Shown here piece by piece: positions 14,256 through 26,675 of a stretch of 64,000 bases of DNA (position 1 is its first letter; each line of letters opens with the position of its first letter). The stretch comes from Convolutriloba macropyga (taxonomy: Eukaryota). The notes under the pieces are model-generated. The model did no database searches, had not been told where the DNA came from, and saw only the letters and a list, made by a program, of their open reading frames with translations. The position numbers and the translations under genes are program-made. Where the stretch lies: contig NC_134476.1 in the NCBI RefSeq assembly GCF_964194025.1, forward strand, positions 54,126,001 through 54,190,000. The letters run 5' to 3'.

Positions 14256-17059
14256 GGTAGGCATTATGATTCAAGTTACAGCTAACAGCACAAATTGAAA
14301 AAATTTGAATTTTATGATTGATCAGTCTCTGTCTGTGACCATATGAAAACAAGGTTTTGAATTCCCTCTAATTGTAGTATATGAGAATACAAAAGAGTAT
14401 AGGGAGCCCTCAAATAGGTTGGATCGTGCCTGCAAACTTAGGTCAGAAGGATAGTTTTTCCGTCTCTGTTTACAGAATGCTTTCTCAATATTTTTTCAGC
14501 AGCATTTGTAAGGGACTTAAAATAAATTTGGGCAGCGCAAAAATTATTAGATTCTCTCTGCCCAAGGAATAGTGAGGAAAAAATGATTTTAAAAACTTTA
14601 GCAAACATAGGAAGATCTGAGAATCCTATCTCAAGAGCTAACTTCATATTGGCATGTGAATTAAAGGATTTAGTTCCCAACTTTACAAATTTTGTGTTCC
14701 AAATAACGGTGTTTTGTTTCCTCCGAATAGGTTGTCAAATTCTCCAAGCGCAAATTACTAACAAGCTTGTTGAGTAAAAAAAGCAGCGCCGATGACCAGC
14801 GGAAAAAACGAAGACCATAATGTCAGAAAACAGGAGCTCCGTTGTCCGTATTGGATAAATATTTAGCCTCATGAATCAAAAACTTGAAGAATTGTCACGC
14901 CGTCAATTCAAATTATTAAAAAAATTCTACAACGCTGAAAAGAATTTTAGCGAAACAGAAACACCAACAATAGGTTTTAATTAGGGAGAAACTTATTAAA
15001 GTTAAGGAAGAAGGTCGCAAAAACAGTGCAACAACAGTGCAGTGTTTTGTGCCAGCAAAAGCTTGCATATAGAAAACAACCAACTCTCCAGGTTTCATCT
15101 ACTCCAAAAATTCTTGCCACCATTTGAACAATGGTTTAGTCCACCTTTTGAAAAGGTGCCCGGAGTCCAATATCGCGGCAGGGAAATAAGAGCTTCAGAC
15201 AATTCAGCAAACCGTTTCACTAGATATGGAAATTTGTATATTTATTTTGAAATCTCTGAAGCAATCGGATTTGTGCTCTAATGCCTATACTCCAGTGACA
15301 ACCCTTTCGATATTAAAAAGTCAACATTCAGTCTCCATCTCACATTAACAGTCAAAAACGTGTGTTTTGAAGCTAATGCTGCTTGATTTTGTTATAGGGA
15401 AGCGTCAGCAATGAATGTTTCACTGGCAGTTGGTTGAGCCAAAACATTCATGAAATGATTTGTAAAAAAGTATAAGAGCTAAAAATGATATGAGTTCCGA
15501 AAAAACAAAAACTCAAATCAAAAAGCACCTTCTATCATAAGTGTCTTTGGAGTTTTGAGGTTTTAAATGCCATAAACTTGAGAAATGGTATCACATAAAA
15601 CATCAAAACAAAATTGAAGTGCAAAACAAGAAGAGGATATTTTTTGAAAAGGATTTTAATATGAAGTTTTCCCATCTGATAACCAAACCAGAAAACAAGA
15701 ACTATTTAAGAGGTTTGTTAATAACCTTATTTGCATATTTATAGAACAATTGCATGAATAAACGATGTTCAAATTGGAAAAATCATGAAAAAATGCTCAT
15801 AAGCCTTTATGAAATTGGCCTTCTACTTTGATTAAGAGAAAATTGTTTCATAGTTGGTAACCATAACTAACGGAAAGAAACTTTTCAAAACTTTCCTAAC
15901 TTAGCATCGACGGAACTTAAAAAAGTATTAGTGAGTTTACAATCCGAAGGCTTTTTTAAATCAAATCACAACCGGCAATTTTTCGAAATTTTCGGAATTA
16001 CCCTAAAAAACAAAGACATGCTCAAAATAAAAAAAATCCGGAAAAGGGAATGTTTTTGAAGAAATTGCTAAAAGCTGTAAATATGAGTTGTAAATAGGCC
16101 AAATATTGTTTTAATGAAAAATTTCGATCTAATTTATTTTAAATAGTTTCCAGAATTGTTTAAATTGTGGTCTCAGACAATGTAAATACATTTTCATTTC
16201 ATCCTGTGAAAGATTGTGAAGCAGTTTCAACCTGACAATTAACGCAAATTTCGAAAACGTTTGTTTTAGATATCAGAAATAATTTTAATTTGACAAATTG
16301 GTTTCAACTACATAACCATCAATTTTTTCAAATAGTTCTAAAAGTTAACAAACACATATGGCTGGAAAATAAGTGTACGGGAAAATGGTCGCCAGGACTT
16401 GTAAGTCAGACATTTGCTAATTTTTTAGATGATTCTAAAAACACCGCAAAAGCAACAGCCGACTGGGAGTCAAAATATAAGATAAACCAATAGAAAAAGT
16501 CCACACTTTTCCTAGAAAGTTAATGCAAATTAGGCATTAGATCAAAAGAAATGCTACAAAACATAAATCAATGTGGTGATCTACAAAACAATGAAACTCA
16601 AAATCTGCTAAATATCCTTATAGGATAGTTCTCAGCATCTAAAATCCCACTAGTATGAAATAACTTGAAGTGGATGCTATACCAATTATGTGGGACAGAC
16701 TTGCAGCCACATAACTACGCGGATGGCATAGCATCAAAAAATAGACCAGTCTGTAGGTCAGTACGTAAAAGAAGTTTGTGACTAATCACGCTCATTTATT
16801 TTGCGTATATTGTTCAGTGCCTTGTGCCACAAAAGATCATAACTCTCGGAGGAATACATGTACAACCAAATCCATTGCTGAACAAGCGCGATGAGTACCG
16901 AAACTAGAAACTGACATTCAATTATTGAATGCTTAAATTGAATTTTATACTTCAGCGAGTAAAACATTGAAAAATTCTAAACTGATAGCACAATTATACA
17001 AACACTTACATTTCGACTTTCACTTAATGAAGTGTAATTAAACAATTACACTTCGACTT

Positions 17060-20000
17060 TCACTTCGTCCTCCAGCTGGATGAACACGACTACAATGCTG
17101 CTGCGTCGCAAACTGTCGTGCTTTACAACGTGAAAGAACGAAATCTTGACAATGCAACAGAACATCAAAAATCTGAAATTTTGAACTCCATACAAATTTC
17201 TCCTAATATTGTGGTCAACTATTCCCGACTTGTTAAAAAGGGACCCGATCCCGCAGCTAAACCGCGGCCGGTTGAAATTAAATTGAACTCTGTTTACGAC
17301 AAACGACTCTTGATGACAAACGCCTATATGTTGAAAGACATTGGCGTGTTCGTGAAACCAAAGTTGAATTGGCGTGACCGATATAAGGAGAAAGCACTTC
17401 CTGGACTTAGATATAACCTAATCAACAAAGGCTTGGCACGAAACCTCATGCGTATCCGTAACTTGCAACTCTTCTATGATGGGAAATTACTTAACGACCA
17501 ACTTTCTGCCGATGAATTACTTAGTTCTCTTATTAGCCATATATCTTCCAAAGCTGATTGACTAATCAACTACAACATGCTCCTGTTTAATATTCGTGGA
17601 ATGAATACCCAAGACAAACTTGTAGATTTAGTCTACTTGTTGGATTTCTATCAAATTGATATTGCACTAATTACTGAAACATGGTTATCTCCACTATTGA
17701 ATGACTATTTTTGCTCCCTGTTTGGTGGTTTTAGAGTTTTATCTAGAAAAGATCTTAAAAATGCACCCCCTGGAGGTATCATTGCCATCTGTCGAAAAAA
17801 CTGTGAACTAGCTTTTCTCGACCTTCATATTGGTTTAGATTATGATTTTGCGACTGCTTTTCTAATAAGAATAAATTCAACCAGGATTGCTATTTTCATT
17901 CCTTGTTATCTACCCCCAGTATCCAGCCCGTACAATGTTCCGTTCGATTCTTTCAAAGAATTCTGTGATAAGACTATAAATCAAGCTACCCATATGTACA
18001 CTCCTGATGTGTTTACACTTACCTTATCTATTATGGGTGATTTTAATTTTCCTAACACTGACTGGTCTACAATGTATAGTTCAACTTATCGTGAAATGGC
18101 TTTTGTTGATTACTTTGGTTCACTGGGCCTCAGTGCTCATATTACGTCTGGAAAAACACATTTTCATGGAAATATACTTGACAACATTGTTTCAAATGAT
18201 GACAATATTCATGGGTTATCGATTAAGGACAGAACAGCTCTGAGTGATCATCTACCTATCCTTTTGAATTACTGCAATGCCTTGCACAAATCATGCGACG
18301 TGGAATCTTTCCAGTATTTTTTCTGAAATTATCAGCATCATATCAACTTCGAAACAACTTGGAGATCCTTCAATTTTAATAATTACCCTTGACCCTTGTG
18401 GAGAGAATGTTGATGGTTTTTATTTTTTTTGGCATGGAGTATTGACCCCTGTTTTCCTAGGAAGCGTAAGATACGGATGGTCTCACTTTTTTATTATAGC
18501 TCACATACGATACATTGTTTGAACAAATTAAATACTGCAAAACGAAAGTGTTCGAAAAATCCCTCGCGTATGAAACTGCAGCAGCTTAAGTCTCTGGAGG
18601 AAGATTACACTCAATCAATAGAACTCGATGAAGTTGTTTTCGTCAATGGATCATTAGCTTCAACTACAAACCAATGTTTCGCTCTTTTGAATAGTTTGAA
18701 GGATTCCCCAATTCCTAATCACATGTTTTTCAATAGTAAAGCAATTGACGAAAATGAAGTACCCGAATTTTTCAATAATTTCTTTGCATCAAATTTCAAT
18801 GACAAAAGACCACAGTTTTTGGTGATAACATAAAGTTAGAACACGTTCTCTCATCTTTTTCTGTTGAATCGATTATAAAAGATATCGTCAAAATCAAGGA
18901 ATCTTCCGCATTGACTCACGACGGTTTCCCAACAAAACTTCTGAAGAGTTCACCTTATCTGTTTGGTTCACTGTTGTATCCTTTGTTCTGTTCAGTTATT
19001 TTATGCCGTACGTTTCCGTCAATATGGAAGGTTGCTCGTATCACTCCTCTCTTCAGAGGTGGTTCTCGCAACAATATCAAATTTTATTGACCAATCAGCC
19101 TACTTCCAAAAGTATACCTGCTATTTGAAAGAATCATATTCAATTATCCTTATTCTTGCTTGAGTGAGGAGCTTCACCCACAGCAATTTGGCTTCCGGTC
19201 GCACAAAGGAGCAGTCCTGTAACTTTTGGATTACCTCGAAAAAGTTTTTAGCTGTAAATCTCAATACAAGTTTGCCATTTATTTTGACTATGAGAAGGCC
19301 TTTGATAAGGTCCCACACACTATCTTGGTTGAAAAACTTCGCCGTTTTAAATCTTGATGGTAATTTTTGCACACTTTTGGAGTCGTACCTTTGCATCAGG
19401 TATCAATTTACATAAGTCAATAAGTCGAAGTCGAAACTTCTTCCATGTCTTAGCGGTGTCCCGCAGAGCTCCGTACTGGGTCCCTTTTTATTTTTGGTTT
19501 TCGTGAACAATTTAACAAGCATTTTCCTTGATTCCATGGTTTGGTTGTTCGCAGATGACACTAAAAAGCTTTTCACCAACCTGAATTTCCATGACGATTT
19601 CTGGCGCCTTTATTCTTGGAATATCTGCAATGGAAAGGTTGCAAATATATGTAAGACTAAATGTTTGCACTTTAATGGCTCAGTTAAGATTTCTACGACA
19701 CAACATGAAGTACTGGAAAACGTCTCTTCACACAAGGATCTGGGTGTATACATCAGTAATGATCTGAAATGGGGTTTTCACGTTACTTCTAAACGCTGTA
19801 AAGCTCGACAATGTTTCTTCAGTCTGAAAGCGAAAATACCTTTCAATACTCCGTCTCATGTCAAGCTCCACCTTTACCGGAGCCTTGTCCTCTCCGTACT
19901 TTTATATGGGTTTCCTGCGTGGCATCACAATGTATCCATGCTTGAAAAATTAGAGAATTTCCAGCGTTCCTGCTTATTTTGGATATTTGTACGAAAATCA

Positions 20001-20445
20001 TCTTACCTGAAGCAACTTAAAGACAACAATTTTCTGCCACTCTGCTATCAACTCGAATATATTACTTTCTCTTTTCTATCGCAACTGATGTTAGATAAGT
20101 ACAACTATGATCACTCACAGTATGTAGTATTTCAGGAGCCTTCTCGGTGTTTGTGCGGATCATCCACAAATGTCCTGCAATTAAAGAACCACCATAAGCA
20201 CGCTAGCATCTCATTCTTCGGTCGTTCAGTTTTAATTGCCAACTATTTGTTCAGAAACAAAATATTCGATGGCTTTGACAGCTACAACAAGAAAGCTCTG
20301 AAGAGCTACCTCATGCGAAAAACATTTGATCCAGAAAGTACATGTAAATTCTTTATTTGCTGTGTCTGTAATTCATGCAAACTTATCAAGGGTATATGCT
20401 AAAATAATAATGGTTCTCGAAAGAGAATAAAGTCTCTCTCTCTCT
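17060..20445 (+). mobile_element. Decayed, 5'-truncated CR1-group LINE (ORF1 fragment, APE-RT ORF2 broken by frameshifts and stops, (TC)n tail)
   Basis: ORF1 C-terminal part at 17118-17561. APE motifs at 17577-18326 (FNIRG, ITETWL, GDFN, LDNI, SDHLP). RT remnants (DYEKAFDKV, GVPQSSVLGP, FADD). C-terminal CKFFICCVCNSC, then AATAAA and (TC)n at about 20427-20445. Confidence 0.9.
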
Positions 20446-21340
20446 ACCGAAATGCTAGAGTCACAGAAAAGTTTTTCTAAAAACAAAATCAAGTATAAAA
20501 AATTGAAGACATTGCGAAAATTGAAGTTTCGGAATTTTGTGTTAAACAAAAAAGATAATAATTCAAAAATCTGATTTTGTTATTCTGTTTCATAATTGAA
20601 TTGAAAAAAGGCTTTTAATTGTAATAGAATGGCGTTAAGTTTTACCTGATGATGCGAGTTAGGGAAATCGTTTTGTAAATGAAAGTTTTATAATTGACAT
20701 ATTTCTTTAACAGCATATTAAATTCCGTTGGTCCTGTGAACTTGTGAGTTCCAAGTGAGAGCAGGAATGACGAGCTGATTAACTTTAACTTCTGACCTGG
20801 TAGGGGATATTTTGCGATTTTGCTGGGTTTAGTTTTATTTGGTCTTCAGTTGATTTGTTTTAAGTTCGAAGAGCCGATCTCATTTCTAATGAAGGATCCA
20901 AGCATTCAGCAGCCCTCAGCAATTTGTACGCTTGTTCATTGGAATAGTTCATGGCTTCCGACAGTATGAGTTGTAATTTCGGCTTGTTTACCTTATATCT
21001 CTACCTCCACATAGCTTTACCATGAGCTGGTTTGTCTAGGGCTCTTCGAAAGTTGAAGGTTTGAAGCTTTACTGCCATCGTCAGCGAACCAGCTTTGTAA
21101 TGCATCTCTATAGTCAATTATTATGATCAACAGAATGGTGGCTGCCCTACATTGCTTATGGCATGGTATATCCTTTTGCAGCACCTTCATGCGAAAAAAT
21201 GTTCTGGGAATGAACAATCAATATTCGAGAATGTAAATGGATAATCAAGACACTTTACTGTATTTTGTATTTATGCCCATTTGTCAATATTTAACTCAAA
21301 TAGTTTTTAACTCCTGTCGATGAAATTTATTGGAAAAACG

Positions 21341-21464
21341 GGGTCTTTCCCATTATAGCCCCCCAGCTTAGTGGTCAGATAACCTATAGCCCCCAATCAT
21401 GGTAAATATACCATAATGGGGGGGGGGGCTGTAATTTCATGGGGGGCTATAATGGGAAAGACCC
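21341..21464. mobile_element. 124 bp MITE with 24 bp TIRs
   Basis: gggtctttcccattatagcccccc / ggggggctataatgggaaagaccc. Flanks are gaaaaacg and gaaaaaca (7-8 bp TSD). Confidence 0.85.
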
Positions 21465-21769
21465 GAAAAACAATTTCATATCAACTTTTTACTCTTTTTT
21501 TAAGCTAACAATGATGAGGTTGAGGAGGCTCATTTGATGTGAAAATGACCCCCGATAGAAAAGTGATCGACAGACCCGGAGGCCTAAAATTTGAAACCTT
21601 TAACTAAACTAAATGTGACTAATTTTCTAATTTTGTCTTTCGCTTTGTAAACCCTCTTCATAAATTTATTTAGTGGGGGGGGGGGGGGGAGTGCAGCGTG
21701 ATAACTAAATGGTTCTCCTAAATTTTGCTATCGTTTTAGTGTCTCAAATGAACTAAGTTGAATTGCACA

Positions 21770-22229
21770 ATGCTTTCGGCCAGAGGAGAAGACGCTGTCC
21801 GTTATGTGACTTTCAACCAGGACCACTCAGCGCTTTGTGTTGGATGCAATTCCGGGTTCAAATTGTTTTCTCTGAGCAACATTGAGAAGCTCGACGAAAC
21901 ATTTTACGAAGGAACTCTTACTAACGTTGTCATAGTAGAACGTCTTTACCTTTCGAGTTTGGTTGTAACTGTCAGCCAAAACACACCCAGACGTTTGAGT
22001 CTCTGTCACTTTAAAAAAGGGACTGAAATATGCAATTACTCTTATCCGAACAGAGTATTATCCGTGAAACTAAACAGGAAAAGATTAGTCGTGTGCTTAG
22101 TTGACAGCTTATATATTCACAATATTAAAGATATGAAAGTTGTGCACACAATAAAGGAGACTCCAGATAACCCAAGAGGTGTGTGCACTCTGTGTTCGTC
22201 AGATGACTGTGGCTACCTTGCTTATCCGG
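21770..22229 (+). CDS. WIPI2: WIPI1/2 (Atg18) PROPPIN, coding exon 1
   Basis: [49 protein letters not shown] and YLAYPG match WIPI/Atg18. Donor G|gtaaga at 22230, phase 1. Confidence 0.95.
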
Positions 22230-22574
22230 GTAAGATTTCCTCTGCTTAACAAGTTCTGACCCTTGTTTTGTCTTGATATAGTGAACTGTAACGGCAAATC
22301 ACTTTGGGTTGTTGTAAGTGAAGGCGCACGAGGGACAAAACACTGAATCAGTCGACAGTACTTATGTTATATCTGTTCTGTTATATAGTACTTTCTGGTT
22401 CTGTTACCAGGTTGTTCTATCAAAATTTTTATGTAAAAAAGGAATATAAGGAGTCCTGTCACTGAAACCTGTCACTGAGACGACGGATTACAAGACAGAG
22501 ACAACAATCGCCCGAAAACAGTGGACTCACAATCACTATTCAAAACTCCTGAAAAGTTTTAGCTGCTTACTCTT

Positions 22575-22866
22575 AGTCTTTCACGTGACCGTCTCTTAAG
22601 TGAGTTCGTGTTACCGAAAGGCTTTTTCTTTTCTTTTTGAGCAGTCTTTCACGTGACCGTCTCTTAAGTGAGTTCGTGTTACCGAAAGGCTTTTTCTAAG
22701 CAGTTTTCTTTTCTTTTCTATTCTGTCCTGCATCTGTTCTCTGAAAATTAAACTTTTCATGTGACCGTCTCTTAAGTGAGTTTGAGTTGTCAGAAAAGCT
22801 ATATTTTTCAGAGTTAAGTTTTCAGTTTCACGTGACCGCCTCTTAAGTGAGTGTGTGTTACCGACA
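22575..22866 (+). promoter_or_regulatory. Four ~40 bp monomer repeats in the LINE 5'UTR, three with an E-box (CACGTG)
   Basis: tttcacgtgaccgtctcttaagtgagttcgtgttaccga-like units at about 22579, 22647, 22756 and 22826. Regulatory role is inferred. Confidence 0.6.
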
Positions 22867-22934
22867 CTGCCTATTAAGTTATTCATCAACAATCCGTTAA
22901 GACAAATCAAAATCTTTTGCATGTGCTAGCCAAG

Positions 22935-23831
22935 ATGTCCTCAAGAGTTATCACGTGCCAATCTTGCAATCACAAGATTGCAAAGAAGGAAGCAAAATTC
23001 TCATGTGCCTACTGCAGCAAAGCAATGCACATGACACCCGACTGCACAGGCTTCGAACAGTCCAGTATTGAAGTCCTTGTCAAGTTAGAAGCAAATCTGC
23101 TTCACATCTGTAACGAATGCAGTGAAAATAAGACACATAAGTCCATCTTAAAACCTGCTGAACAGTCGAAATTGGAAGACGATCTAACAGACCTCCGAGA
23201 ACAAATGAAAAAGTTCCAGCAAATCATTGAAAACTCAAATGCAATGATCGAAAATGTAAAGAAAGACTTGACCGAATTAAAGTCAACTGCTCCCAAGAGT
23301 TATGCACAAGCTGTTGGAAAACTGCCCGGTAGCACAATTCGCGACGTGTCAAATGCAAACAACATTCCTGGTCTGGGAATTCGAATAAGAGGTATACCTG
23401 AGAGTAGAACCAAAACACCAGACGAGCGTATGCATTCCGACATCGAATCGGTTGAGCAAATCCTAGACTTCTTGAAAATCAAAGACAAACGCATGAGCAA
23501 AATTCATCGTCTCGGTAAATTTGACCCTGACAAAAAAGGGGCACGCACTATACTTGTTTGCATGGAAAACATCATAAGTAAAGACCTGATTCTGAAATCA
23601 GCTCACCTGCTAAAGGCCTACGAACAACCAATCTTCATAAGTCCTGAGCTGTCTGCAACGGACGCGAAAAAAGAAAATGAATGTCTGCGCATTCGCCGTG
23701 ATCTCATTGACAATCATAATTACAATAGCAGGCAAGTTCGTATTAGAAATCTCAAGGTGGAGCATAAAGTTGGAGACAACTGGGTTGTCTTTGAAAACGC
23801 ACAAAAAGAGAATACTGGTATCAACTGGTGA
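22935..23831 (+). CDS. LINE ORF1: PHD finger, coiled coil and RRM-like domain
   Basis: CQSC...CAYC...H...C...CNEC zinc finger, heptad-rich middle, IRIRGIPE and HRLGK motifs. Confidence 0.9.
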   Translation: MSSRVITCQSCNHKIAKKEAKFSCAYCSKAMHMTPDCTGFEQSSIEVLVKLEANLLHICNECSENKTHKSILKPAEQSKLEDDLTDLREQMKKFQQIIENSNAMIENVKKDLTELKSTAPKSYAQAVGKLPGSTIRDVSNANNIPGLGIRIRGIPESRTKTPDERMHSDIESVEQILDFLKIKDKRMSKIHRLGKFDPDKKGARTILVCMENIISKDLILKSAHLLKAYEQPIFISPELSATDAKKENECLRIRRDLIDNHNYNSRQVRIRNLKVEHKVGDNWVVFENAQKENTGINW

Positions 23832-23846
23832 CTATACACACTCGAA

Positions 23847-26675
23847 ATGCTTTCGTTCAATGTAAGGAGTCTGATGAAATTTGAGCGTCGCCTGAAGTTC
23901 TCAGACTGCTTGTCAACGCGAAGCTATGACATTTTATGCCTCACTGAAACATGGCTGACTCCTGATGTTCAAAACTATTCGCTCTTCCTACCTGCATACA
24001 CGATCTACCGAAATGACAGAATACCATGCGAACACGAAACGAAACACGGTGGCGTACTTATAGCAATCAGATCGACTATTATGCACGAACAAATTTTGAT
24101 TGACCTACATCTTGAGGATTTTGTGGTGATTAGTGTACAAACAAAACCACAGCCGACTCTCATATGCTGTTTGTACAGCCCCCCATCAGACAGCGACTAC
24201 ACCTGGTCGCCGCAACAGTTAGAAATTCTGCTCTCCAAAATATCAAATCATGCTAAAAGAATAGGCTACCAAGGCGTGTTCATTTGTGGAGACATCAACT
24301 TCTCCAAAACAGACTGGAACAACATGAGCTCCAATTCCGAGTGTGAAAACGCTGTTCTGGATGCTCTTTCGGAATACAATTTCCTGAACTACTCAAATCT
24401 TCAGTTAGACGTCATTCTGGCCAACAACCCTGACCAGATTGTCAAAACTGATCTTGACACCGATCTTTACAACTGTTACGCACTAAACGGCAAGCCATGT
24501 GCTGATCATCTACCGGTCAGTGTTACAGTAAACGCATTCCATAGCGAACTATACATTCTTCATCAAGTCAAATATGCCTTTAAGAAAGCGGATTGGGACG
24601 AATTGAATAAGGCTATAGTAGACAGTCCTTTCAACCCTTACTGTTTCAGTAATCTCGATTTCCTTGTCAAAAAATGGTACGAATGGATCTTCAGCCTCAT
24701 CGATCATTTCATTCCGAAAGTTACAAGACACAGGTCAACGCTTCCACCTTGGGTATCCAGCCGTACCTCACACCTGATGAAGAAGTTAGCTACAAAAAAG
24801 AAGCAATGGGTCTCTCCGGTCTTGTCAAAACTCCTGAAGTTGAAGAAAATGGAGCGTCAAATAAAAGAAGCCACAAATGAAGATTTGAAAATGTTTGAAA
24901 CCGAAATCTTTCAAAGTCGACAGTTCAGCAACATCCAGAAGTACCTACGTTGTGTTCGCAAGTCACCAAACGTTCCTCCTGTCGTCACTCTGTCCACTCA
25001 AAAAGCCGAAACTGACCAAAAAAAGGCCAAATTATTCAATCAGTTTTTCCAAAGTGTTTTCAACGAGAAGCAACATCACTGCATAACTTTTGAGAACAGA
25101 GGCCTCAATAGTCTCCTTTTCTCCGAAACAGAAATCGAGCACATATTGGAACACTTAACTCTGAACAAGTCTACGGGACCTGACAACATCGGAAACATTG
25201 TTTTAAAAAAGTGCGCCTTCTCACTCAGCAAGTCACTCCTCCTCCTATTCCAAACAATCTCGAATAAAGGAATCTTCCCCAGATACTGGAAAATCAGTCA
25301 AGTTACGCCAGTGTTCAAAGGGGGAAACAAATCAGACACTACTTGTTATCGACCGCTTAGTTTACTCTGCTGTGTGTCAAAAGTCCTTGAGCGTCTCATC
25401 TTCAACACACTATACAAGTTTTGCCAACACCGCCTACACGAAAACCAATATGGATTCCGAAAAAATAGGTCAGCAGTGGTACAATTGTTGGTCTACCTTG
25501 ATTCAATTTACCAAAAGTACGATGACCCCACAGTAGACAACCTGACAATTCTGTATCTCGACTTTGCTAAGGCCTTCGATAAAGTACCGCATGACTTGCT
25601 TATACTGAAACTCCAGTCCTTTGACATTGGCGGAAAGTTGTTGCAACTCATAAGCTCCTACTTGAGCGTCAGGGAGCAAAATGTTAAAATAAATGCGGAA
25701 ACATCCACTCCAGTAAGTGTCAGCAGTGGAGTTCCACAAGGCTCCATTCTCGGACCACTGCTCTTTCTGCTGTTCATAAATGATCTACCAGCTTCAGTGT
25801 CAAATTGTGAAAGTTTTGGATATGCCGATGATTTCAAGATAATTGCACTGACTCAGAGCCAACTCACGATTGGTGCCATGACTATACAGAATTGGTGCTC
25901 CGAAAACAAAATGCAACTGAACACCTCTAAATGCAAGCTCCTCAACATAAAAGGCACTTTGACAGCAGCAATAGACAACCTTGAAATTGAACCGACGAAT
26001 CTTCAGCGCGACCTAGGACTATGGATCACCTCAAATCTCACGTGGAACGATAACTGTACCACGAGAACGAAGAAGGGATTAAGTGCACTGTTCCAACTGA
26101 AACGAAACCTGTCTACAAACAGCACGCGAAACAGTAAGCTAAATTCTTACGTTGGTTACGTTGTGCCAGTCCTGACCTACTGCTCTCAAGCATGGCAGCC
26201 GAACAAGTCGAATCTTGCGAAGTTTGAAAGGGTGCAGGAAATTGCTACCAAGTGGATACTGAATGCAAGTTTTGAATACAAAGATCGACTTCTACAGCTA
26301 AAGCTGCTGCCTCTCAGCTTATATGTCGAAATGCACAATCTCCTGCTTCTGATATCATTGGATAGAAACGAATACGACGTTGTTGTTGATCTACCTAGAG
26401 TCACCGAAGATAAAACTCGACAGCATACAAGAGGAGAACTGACGATCGGAACGAATCGACTCTACAAAACCGATGAAAACTTCTTCCATCGTACAAAATT
26501 ATTATACAATATTATTATCAGAGTGTACACCAGCTACGGAAAATATCTCAATAAAGACACCATCTCCAAAATCTACTGGGACTACTTTCTGAGAAAATAT
26601 GACAAGAGGGACAAATGCACTTGGCGAATTGTTTGCAAATGTGACCACTGCAATAACTGGAAAAAACTAGACTAA
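23847..26675 (+). CDS. LINE ORF2: AP endonuclease plus reverse transcriptase (942 aa)
   Basis: FNVRS, LTETWL, GDIN, DHLP, then YRPLSLL, LDFAKAFDKV, GVPQGSILGP, YADD, and C-terminal CTW-x3-CxCxxC. Confidence 0.97.
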   Translation: MLSFNVRSLMKFERRLKFSDCLSTRSYDILCLTETWLTPDVQNYSLFLPAYTIYRNDRIPCEHETKHGGVLIAIRSTIMHEQILIDLHLEDFVVISVQTKPQPTLICCLYSPPSDSDYTWSPQQLEILLSKISNHAKRIGYQGVFICGDINFSKTDWNNMSSNSECENAVLDALSEYNFLNYSNLQLDVILANNPDQIVKTDLDTDLYNCYALNGKPCADHLPVSVTVNAFHSELYILHQVKYAFKKADWDELNKAIVDSPFNPYCFSNLDFLVKKWYEWIFSLIDHFIPKVTRHRSTLPPWVSSRTSHLMKKLATKKKQWVSPVLSKLLKLKKMERQIKEATNEDLKMFETEIFQSRQFSNIQKYLRCVRKSPNVPPVVTLSTQKAETDQKKAKLFNQFFQSVFNEKQHHCITFENRGLNSLLFSETEIEHILEHLTLNKSTGPDNIGNIVLKKCAFSLSKSLLLLFQTISNKGIFPRYWKISQVTPVFKGGNKSDTTCYRPLSLLCCVSKVLERLIFNTLYKFCQHRLHENQYGFRKNRSAVVQLLVYLDSIYQKYDDPTVDNLTILYLDFAKAFDKVPHDLLILKLQSFDIGGKLLQLISSYLSVREQNVKINAETSTPVSVSSGVPQGSILGPLLFLLFINDLPASVSNCESFGYADDFKIIALTQSQLTIGAMTIQNWCSENKMQLNTSKCKLLNIKGTLTAAIDNLEIEPTNLQRDLGLWITSNLTWNDNCTTRTKKGLSALFQLKRNLSTNSTRNSKLNSYVGYVVPVLTYCSQAWQPNKSNLAKFERVQEIATKWILNASFEYKDRLLQLKLLPLSLYVEMHNLLLLISLDRNEYDVVVDLPRVTEDKTRQHTRGELTIGTNRLYKTDENFFHRTKLLYNIIIRVYTSYGKYLNKDTISKIYWDYFLRKYDKRDKCTWRIVCKCDHCNNWKKLD

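Noticed and set aside
22575-22866. Repeat-spacer pattern resembling a CRISPR array
   Set aside because: Eukaryotic context, irregular T-rich spacers, no cas genes, and it lies within a LINE 5'UTR.
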